A DNA stretch of 64,000 nt from a virus. Lineage: Duplodnaviria; Caudoviricetes. The position numbers and the translations under genes are program-made. The DNA is taken from positions 33,746 through 97,745 of the IMG/VR virus record IMGVR_UViG_3300029882_000009; one strand, written 5' to 3'. Below, piece after piece: positions 57,553 through 64,000 of this stretch (positions within the stretch are counted from its first letter, which is position 1; the number at the start of each line of letters is the position of its first letter). The notes under the pieces are model-generated. The model did not search any database. It worked only from the letters and a program-made list of their open reading frames with translations, and was not told where the DNA came from.

Positions 57553-58545
57553 ATGCCAAAATTAAAACAACCACCAAGTACAGATGATAACAATAGTGAT
57601 AATGAATTTGTTATTCACACAGATTCGTTTTACCAATATACTCCTGCCGATACTCCAACATTCAATAATTCATTGGATGAAATAAACAATTCATATATAT
57701 ATCACCTTCTTAGGGCACCATATGCCTTTAAAAGAGCACAGGAATATTTATCAATTCTTGAAAAACCCGAACAGTGTTTTCAATATCCTGTAACAGAAAT
57801 GTCTGTTAACCTACTCTTGTTAAAAACACCAACACCTTCTATTCAACCAGAACCATCACTAGAGATGTCTAATATTAACAGTAAACATAACACCACTGGG
57901 GTAATACTTCCAGGGTTTTATGCCGAGCCTATTAGATCGACACCATCATCGAATAACCTAACGGCTGTTAAAATAAATTACAGGCCACCTACTGTTGGTA
58001 AAACATACCTTCACTATCTTGTTAAAATTCTCAACTATCTTGATCAACCAATAATTAAACGTATGGGAATTTATGTTTTTCTTACTGACTACCATCATCT
58101 TCGAGCCAGAGACAAAAAACAAACCTATACCTTAATTGTTGTACCGGATATTGAAAGACCGTTTATTCCTTCGACATGGAATCAATTAACATTCGATAAT
58201 GGAAATGTACCAATAGATTCAGACCTACCCCTAATCGAATGCTTAAATGAAACTCACTTACAACCTCATAAAATAAAAACATATAATTACAAACAGTACA
58301 GACCAAAAACACTTATTAATAAAAATCTTAGCGACAATCTGAAGATTAAAAATCAACAATTGCCAAAACCATCAACCCTCAGTGTAATCAAACAACAAGA
58401 ACTTAGAATAAAACTTCGACACGAAACAACACCTATAACTCCTACTTCTACGACCGACATTGTAAAAGAATTGTTTAATGATAGACCATCGGAAGAAACT
58501 CCAGATATCCTAAAAGATCTTTTCAGACCATTTGAGAAAGAATAA
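57553..58545 (+). CDS. Hypothetical protein
   Basis: Long ORF; the track TTG start is the -35 box, so ATG 57553 is preferred. Confidence 0.65.
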   Translation: MPKLKQPPSTDDNNSDNEFVIHTDSFYQYTPADTPTFNNSLDEINNSYIYHLLRAPYAFKRAQEYLSILEKPEQCFQYPVTEMSVNLLLLKTPTPSIQPEPSLEMSNINSKHNTTGVILPGFYAEPIRSTPSSNNLTAVKINYRPPTVGKTYLHYLVKILNYLDQPIIKRMGIYVFLTDYHHLRARDKKQTYTLIVVPDIERPFIPSTWNQLTFDNGNVPIDSDLPLIECLNETHLQPHKIKTYNYKQYRPKTLINKNLSDNLKIKNQQLPKPSTLSVIKQQELRIKLRHETTPITPTSTTDIVKELFNDRPSEETPDILKDLFRPFEKE

Positions 58546-58549
58546 TTAA

Positions 58550-59059
58550 GTGAGAAAAACAGCAAAAATATTAATTGATGACATAAACCAAATTTTAATA
58601 AATGGAAATTTTACAATATATGAACATTCAGATTATTATAAAGTTAGTCGATCATTAACACAAGAAAACAGAGAATATAGAAACGCAACAAATAAACATA
58701 GACAGTTTTATGTTTTAGAATATATAGAATCTAAATGTTCTAATTATAACTATAATTATTCATTCATAATTGATTGTATATGTTCTAAATCTGGAACCGG
58801 TCCAACAACTTCTTATCTTTACAATATCGCAACAATATTGAAATATTTTGAGAATAACAAACATGAATATTTAATACCTGTAATAATAAACAACAACAAA
58901 ATTTACGGTAAAAATCCTTACGACTACCAACTCATATTGTTCTCTAGACATATTCCATCAATAAATGGATCTCTAGGTAAGTTAATCACCAATCTCACTT
59001 CAACAGATTTGTTCAAACTGGCCAACAAATTAGAGTGGAAAGAAAAACAGTCAGAGTAA
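58550..59059 (+). CDS. Hypothetical protein
   Basis: 169-aa ORF. Confidence 0.55.
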   Translation: MRKTAKILIDDINQILINGNFTIYEHSDYYKVSRSLTQENREYRNATNKHRQFYVLEYIESKCSNYNYNYSFIIDCICSKSGTGPTTSYLYNIATILKYFENNKHEYLIPVIINNNKIYGKNPYDYQLILFSRHIPSINGSLGKLITNLTSTDLFKLANKLEWKEKQSE

Positions 59060-59284
59060 CCATTCTTCAATACATGTGGCCATCTCTCCTGTTCTATCGC
59101 TCAGTCGGTCATATAGTGCCCTACACACTATCATAGGTCTTAAAACGCGTTACAACGCGATTATGAGCTTTTTACTCTTAATTGCAGAGTAACTCTTTAC
59201 ATACTTTGGAATAAAGAAATATTCTAAGTTTATACACTAACCCACATTTAATTTTTACCCTTAAAAATAATTTATAACAAACTG

Positions 59285-59313
59285 TTGATTTTTAACGTTA
59301 TTTATGGTATAGT
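59285..59313 (+). promoter_or_regulatory. Sigma70-type promoter
   Basis: TTGATT-17-TATAGT with TG extension. Confidence 0.6.
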
Positions 59314-59322
59314 ATACCTACA

Positions 59323-60000
59323 ATGGAACAAAAATTAAGAGCATCTATAATCAAGGCGTACAAAGGCCGCTGCCAGTATTGTGGCAGGGAGGGCGCTGAT
59401 CAGATTGAACATATACATCCTCAGTGTACAGGCGGTACTGACGACCTACTAAATCTAACTCTTGCTTGTCAACCTTGTAATCTGAAGAAGTCGGGCGACG
59501 AACTGCCTGAAGTTTATAAGGGATTGCTTATGATTGAAGCGCAGCGCAAACTCTCGTATATCCTTCAACTCATACAGTCAACACCAAGAACACCCAAGGT
59601 AAAAACACCGAAACCTATTCCAGTATACGAGTTCTCTTATCATCTAGGTTTTAACAAAAACCCGACAAACACAAATATTTTCAATGCAATATTTAGAGAC
59701 ATCCAAAGCAACCAATTAGATATTGATAATATAATCCTTGACTCTAGCTGGTTGTCACAAAACCACTACACAATCAGCGACTTTCAAAACTTCAAGGCTG
59801 ATATGACAATATATGGAAAATCTGATGGAAGAGATTGTGGTTTTGCATGGCGAAGTATGGAATTTCGTAGAAATCAGACATCAAACAATATCACAATCAA
59901 CAATGATTTTATTAAAACAATATTGTTGATTCCTTCTGAACTACGAAGTCAATTATTGGAAACCAACAAGTGTGTATCTGATACATACTATTTTAAGTAA
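59323..60000 (+). CDS. HNH endonuclease with C-terminal extension
   Basis: CQYCG..EHIHP..GG.D...NL.LACQPCN..K. Confidence 0.88.
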   Translation: MEQKLRASIIKAYKGRCQYCGREGADQIEHIHPQCTGGTDDLLNLTLACQPCNLKKSGDELPEVYKGLLMIEAQRKLSYILQLIQSTPRTPKVKTPKPIPVYEFSYHLGFNKNPTNTNIFNAIFRDIQSNQLDIDNIILDSSWLSQNHYTISDFQNFKADMTIYGKSDGRDCGFAWRSMEFRRNQTSNNITINNDFIKTILLIPSELRSQLLETNKCVSDTYYFK

Positions 60001-60010
60001 GGATAAAAGA

Positions 60011-60319
60011 ATGAATCACAAAATCAAGTTTACACCAACAGAAGATCAAGAACTAACCACAGCGCAGAACGTGCTCAACAATCTATTCAGCGAGGCAGAG
60101 CAGGGCCGATATAAAGAATGGGAACAGTACTTTATAGGCGCTCGTGATAGGGTAACAACTGTAAAAGAAGGACAAGACAATACTCAAATACTTCTATTTC
60201 ATTTAAGACTTGCCGTAACAGCGCTCAACACTCACAATAGTTTTCCAGTCCCATCTTTGGACACTAACAGTCATGCAATAGCCGCCATGTGTTCGGAAGT
60301 AATCAGAGATTTAACTTAG
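60011..60319 (+). CDS. Hypothetical protein
   Basis: AAGGA RBS. Confidence 0.6.
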   Translation: MNHKIKFTPTEDQELTTAQNVLNNLFSEAEQGRYKEWEQYFIGARDRVTTVKEGQDNTQILLFHLRLAVTALNTHNSFPVPSLDTNSHAIAAMCSEVIRDLT

Positions 60320-60358
60320 ATAATGTTAAAATAATTTATCTAAAATTAACAAAAACTG

Positions 60359-60387
60359 TTGACAACTAACTCAATCTACGGTATAAT
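60359..60387 (+). promoter_or_regulatory. Consensus sigma70 promoter
   Basis: TTGACA-17-TATAAT. Confidence 0.8.
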
Positions 60388-60413
60388 AACCTTAGAAATA
60401 AACGAGGTACAGT

Positions 60414-60617
60414 ATGACACAAAATGAAGCAATAGATCATATTTTGTTGCAGTTAAACGATAAAATTCCCATGAGTGTTGATGCACTTATCGCCAACAAT
60501 CCCACTTTGACACAAGGGCAAATAGTAGGATGTCTTGTACTTGCTGAGATGAAAAACAAAGCACATAGATTACCCAACAATATGTTTTTGAAGGGAGTGT
60601 ATTGTCGTGACAATTAA
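60414..60617 (+). CDS. Stand-alone DprA-type winged-helix domain
   Basis: IL..L....PMSVDALI.....GQI...L...EMK....RLPNN.F. Confidence 0.6.
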   Translation: MTQNEAIDHILLQLNDKIPMSVDALIANNPTLTQGQIVGCLVLAEMKNKAHRLPNNMFLKGVYCRDN

Positions 60618-60864
60618 TGAGCACACTAATCCTGAAGACACTCTCATAAAAGCCTATGAGACTCGCGGGTCTAAATATCGTATTGAAATTTGGCACCGTG
60701 TAGTCAATAACCTGTACGATTACCGAGAGTTCACCAGCGGTTCTTTAGTAGGATGCGGAGGGCCATATACACTATCAGACGTAATGACTCGTGTTAATCA
60801 AACGATTCGATACGCAGCCGGAACTGGACCGGGAAGTCAGAATTATAAGGAGGTTAAAATATGA
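60607..60864 (+). CDS. Hypothetical protein
   Basis: GGAG RBS before GTG. Confidence 0.55.
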   Translation: MTINEHTNPEDTLIKAYETRGSKYRIEIWHRVVNNLYDYREFTSGSLVGCGGPYTLSDVMTRVNQTIRYAAGTGPGSQNYKEVKI

Positions 60865-61010
60865 ATTGTTTTGTAGTTATCAGATTTACCAACGGCAATT
60901 ATGGAGTTAAAGATATTCGTGATGGTGTTTATGTCACTGGTGGAATGACTCTAAAACAAGCTTCTGAATATGCAGACCGCAGGAATCTTAGAATGGCATG
61001 GGGTAAATAA
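60861..61010 (+). CDS. 49-aa hypothetical protein (not in ORF track)
   Basis: AAGGAGG RBS; MNCFVVIRFTNG...AWGK*. Confidence 0.6.
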   Translation: MNCFVVIRFTNGNYGVKDIRDGVYVTGGMTLKQASEYADRRNLRMAWGK

Positions 61011-61011
61011 A

Positions 61012-61266
61012 ATGGCAACAATAAAAATAGATGTAGGTGATATGGCACCATGCACAGAGATGAGACTATCTAGATATATGCAATTAATGCAAATTGGATT
61101 GGTTGTACGGCGACCAATGGACAGAAGTATTGTAGGTAAAATTATAGGATTTTCAAAACGAGGTTATGGGTGGGTAGATGTAGAGTGTATTCCACGAAAC
61201 ACATCTGGAAGAATTACCTATAAAAACAACTTGCTATATGACTGGGAAATTGTCTACGAAAATTAA
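61012..61266 (+). CDS. Hypothetical protein
   Basis: Coupled ORF. Confidence 0.5.
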   Translation: MATIKIDVGDMAPCTEMRLSRYMQLMQIGLVVRRPMDRSIVGKIIGFSKRGYGWVDVECIPRNTSGRITYKNNLLYDWEIVYEN

Positions 61267-61365
61267 CCACAAAAATAATTATAGAAAATTGTTAAAAACA
61301 CTAGTATTTTAATAATATCTGTAGTATAATAACGGTAGAAATAACACTTACGAAGGAAACATAAA

Positions 61366-62508
61366 ATGACCACCGCAACGACAGAATTAACAGTAGCACC
61401 ATTCGAATTCAGCCCAATTCCAGAGGATCGTCTTTGGTCTAACTGGCCCCAACCAATTGCTATCAAAACCCACATTCGTGATTTGCAGGTAGAACCTGTC
61501 TCTGATGATTTTCTCAGGTTCACCGTACAGGAAACCGGTGAAGACGGGATTCTTGCCCCAGTTAGTGCAGGAATCGCCACAAATGAAGCTCTGACAAACC
61601 TATCTCTCAGCGCCATATTCCCACCGGAGTTTGTGTCAAAATTGCCAACTCCTCTTCGTGCATCGGTCATTAATGAGCGTATCACGAATCAAGCGCTAAC
61701 ATCTAAACGTAAGGATGATACCTACACTCTTGTCCGCGAAGGCGCAAAAGTTGTGTCTATCCTACCTGGCCGTCGTGATCTTTTACCTTACGATCAGACA
61801 ACAGAGCGGGTTTTTCAACTTCTAGACTCTCGGTATTCCGATATTGAAGTAAAGTATGCCAATGTCACGAATGAAGGACTAAGCGCTCGATTCTTGGTCC
61901 CGAACCACCAAGAAATAATCACGCCAGCGCTGGGGGATGTTATGTCTTTTGGCGTAGAACTCACCCAGAACTATGGGGGCCATATCAACCTCGATCTTTA
62001 TACTCAGCGGCTTGTATGCCTCAATGGTATGCAAAAGAAGGGCTCACAGTTCCGATGGGGAAAAGGGGAATCAGGCGGAACGGTAGAGCAGCAACTTGAA
62101 TGGCTACAAGAAGGTGTAAACTTCGCAGTACGTGAATTTGCCAACCTCAGTGAAAAGGCTCGTCTAATGGCAAATACAAGAGCTATCGGTGATACTCAGG
62201 ACCCACAGGAAGTATTGCGCAATCGAATGCGAGCTATGGGAGTTTCCGCTCGTTACTTCGATCAAATTTGGGCAGCGTATCTTGAAGAGCCAGGCCAGAG
62301 TGAATGGCACCTTTTGAACGCTTTTACTCGTGTTGCCACTCATAACCTCAATCGCTCTGAAGGTACTACCCTTCAGCGTCAAGCTGGTGATTGGACTTCT
62401 GGATTTGAGATTGTTACAGCGACATTGCCGAGGGTTACGGCGAACCGCGTACATGCTCATATCATAGATACGATTCCGGTTCTAGAAGGTGAGTTTGTCG
62501 CAGCTTAA
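61366..62508 (+). CDS. DUF932-like protein
   Basis: RLVCLNGM and W.LLNAFT..ATH motifs. Confidence 0.7.
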   Translation: MTTATTELTVAPFEFSPIPEDRLWSNWPQPIAIKTHIRDLQVEPVSDDFLRFTVQETGEDGILAPVSAGIATNEALTNLSLSAIFPPEFVSKLPTPLRASVINERITNQALTSKRKDDTYTLVREGAKVVSILPGRRDLLPYDQTTERVFQLLDSRYSDIEVKYANVTNEGLSARFLVPNHQEIITPALGDVMSFGVELTQNYGGHINLDLYTQRLVCLNGMQKKGSQFRWGKGESGGTVEQQLEWLQEGVNFAVREFANLSEKARLMANTRAIGDTQDPQEVLRNRMRAMGVSARYFDQIWAAYLEEPGQSEWHLLNAFTRVATHNLNRSEGTTLQRQAGDWTSGFEIVTATLPRVTANRVHAHIIDTIPVLEGEFVAA

Positions 62509-62557
62509 CTTCAAATAATGGTTGGCAGTTATCCATAAACTGCCAGAAAGATAAAAA

Positions 62558-62902
62558 ATGATCAAGAATCTAACACCGCACGTAATTAACATAGTTGAGC
62601 CGGGTTACGACATCAAGTCATTCCCCTCCATTGGGGTTGCTCGGTTATTTGTTCAATATAAATTTACAGGACAAGTATTGGGAATTCCAGTAAAAAGTGC
62701 ATCGTTCGGGGAAATTGAAGGATTACCTGAATATGACGGAAAGAGTATGTATATAACGTCAGCGATGGTCGCTGAGGCAGCATGGAGATTAGGGCGCCAT
62801 GACGTTTATAGTCCAGGACAGCTTGTAAGAGATGACGCTGGGGTGATAGTTGGTTGTGAGTGTTTACTCGCTAATCCGAATGGAGGATTTGTAAATGAAT
62901 AA
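62558..62902 (+). CDS. Conserved phage protein
   Basis: NLTPH...GLP...R.D...PG.LVRD..G.IVGC. Confidence 0.7.
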   Translation: MIKNLTPHVINIVEPGYDIKSFPSIGVARLFVQYKFTGQVLGIPVKSASFGEIEGLPEYDGKSMYITSAMVAEAAWRLGRHDVYSPGQLVRDDAGVIVGCECLLANPNGGFVNE

Positions 62903-63314
62903 TCCTATTTACACTATCAATCTTGGAAATGAAGCGGGGGCCAGTTTTTATAATGGTGGATGGGCAAAATCTATTACGGCGATAGATAAAACTAAAAATA
63001 ATGGATATTCTCTCATTGGAGAATTTTGCCTTAAAAATCTTGCCGGTCATACTCCTGGCCTATACCTTGTGTGTGACAAATCAGGATCAAGAAAAAATGT
63101 AGTTGACAAATATACATTATTGTCAATTTCTCCGGAAGGTACTGTTCAGATTCTTCAAACTGTTACAGGAAAGTCAGGATATACGCGAGGGCAAACAGGA
63201 TCAGACTGGGCAGTACAGTTATGGGAAGTGATAGAAGTTGCACTTGTTGCAATTGACGAATATAAACTGATCACAGCTCAACTTCTAATAGTTGCTAGAT
63301 CTATTCAAAACTAG
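62895..63314 (+). CDS. Hypothetical protein
   Basis: GGAGG RBS. Confidence 0.65.
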   Translation: MNNPIYTINLGNEAGASFYNGGWAKSITAIDKTKNNGYSLIGEFCLKNLAGHTPGLYLVCDKSGSRKNVVDKYTLLSISPEGTVQILQTVTGKSGYTRGQTGSDWAVQLWEVIEVALVAIDEYKLITAQLLIVARSIQN

Positions 63315-63326
63315 CGGAGTTTAAAA

Positions 63327-64000
63327 ATGATAAAAATAGAAGAAATCACTCTTTCGAAAGGCAGCCACAAATCTATTGAAGACGGTATGTGTGTTATGGA
63401 AGCTGCATCTTATATTGCAAATGAGCCATATTCAGACCATCCTTCCTGTGTATGTCCGGTAATTGCATCTTTTTGCAGGGTTTGGAATGACAATCTACCA
63501 AACAATGCTGAACGTGATAAGTGGATAAAACCACTATTATCGAAATTGATTGGAACTGTTAACGATAATAAAATACAAAAGCGGGCGTATATTTGTGCGG
63601 ATTTTGCAGTACGGCAATTCGCTGCAGTTGCTTTTGAGTTTGTAAAGTTACCAGAAGAGGCTAAAAAACTACGGGAATTGCCCCCCATAGTTGATGTTGA
63701 GTCGGCAGAGTCGGCACGGTTGGCGGCAGAGTCGGCACGGTCGGCAGTGTCGGCATGGTCGGCACGGTTGGCGGCATGGTCGGCACGGTCGGCACGGTCG
63801 GCAGAGTCGGCACGGTTGGCGGCATGGTCGGCAGAGTCGGCACGGTCGGCAGAGTCGGCACGGTTGGCGGCAGTGTCGGCAGAGTCGGCACGGTTGGCGG
63901 CAGTGTCGGCAGAGTCGGCACGGTCGGCAGAGTCGGCACGGTTGGCGGCATGGTCGGCAGAGTCGGCACGGTCGGCAGAGTCGGCACGGTTGGCGGCATG
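63327..64000 (+). CDS. Phage protein with Ser/Ala-rich repeat tail (truncated by window; not in ORF track)
   Basis: GGAG RBS; MIKIEEITLSKGSH...CVMEAASYIANEPYSDHPSCVCPVI...WND followed by SAE/SAR/SAW/LAA repeats. Confidence 0.8.
   Translation, partial: MIKIEEITLSKGSHKSIEDGMCVMEAASYIANEPYSDHPSCVCPVIASFCRVWNDNLPNNAERDKWIKPLLSKLIGTVNDNKIQKRAYICADFAVRQFAAVAFEFVKLPEEAKKLRELPPIVDVESAESARLAAESARSAVSAWSARLAAWSARSARSAESARLAAWSAESARSAESARLAAVSAESARLAAVSAESARSAESARLAAWSAESARSAESARLAA
63700..64000 (+). repeat. Mosaic 9/12-bp coding repeat
   Basis: Units TCGGCAGAG, TCGGCACGG, TCGGCATGG and TTGGCGGCAnnn. Confidence 0.9.

Larger units (their letters stand above)
1..64000. mobile_element. Tailed bacteriophage genome segment (siphovirus-like)
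   Basis: Terminase, portal, protease, capsid, neck, tail tube, chaperone, tape measure, tail fibre and endolysin genes in canonical order; no host housekeeping genes. Confidence 0.95.

Noticed and set aside
62523-62545. TGGCAGTT/AACTGCCA hairpin as terminator or seventh early-motif copy
   Set aside because: No U-tract and lacks the bulge and loop consensus; at most a stabilising stem
63661-63999. Minus-strand PTVPTL repeat ORF
   Set aside because: Antisense shadow of the plus-strand repeat gene starting at 63327
1-64000. Host assignment and temperate lifestyle
   Set aside because: No integrase, att site or host flank in the window; gene affinities are mixed

Overview
The window is a large part of a tailed dsDNA bacteriophage genome, siphovirus-like, with a Mu-type portal and protease and a long tape-measure gene. 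No host housekeeping genes, integrase, tRNA or CRISPR array were seen. Layout: (1) 1-4250 (+), end of a nucleotide-metabolism/recombination operon (dNMP kinase fused to a UDG-like domain, DHH phosphoesterase, dCMP deaminase, RecU-like resolvase). (2) 4275-48600 (-), late region in transcription order: LexA-like repressor, a self-contained structured RNA candidate, terS/terL, portal, protease-scaffold, capsid, neck, a glycosylation module, tail and lysis genes. (3) 49100-64000 (+), early-type genes, including an amidoligase/GGCT cluster, an ori-like AT-rich region, HNH and DUF932-like genes. Most notable observations: an intein whose insert encodes a Zn-finger/HNH remnant on the antisense strand; a ~345-nt promoter- and terminator-bounded structured RNA upstream of terS; six covarying hairpins punctuating the early genes; an Acb1-like phosphodiesterase fused to the prohead protease, with Tad1-like and Acb4-like sponges among the packaging/head genes; and a GmhA/heptosyltransferase module. 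All family assignments come from motif recognition by eye, not from database searches.
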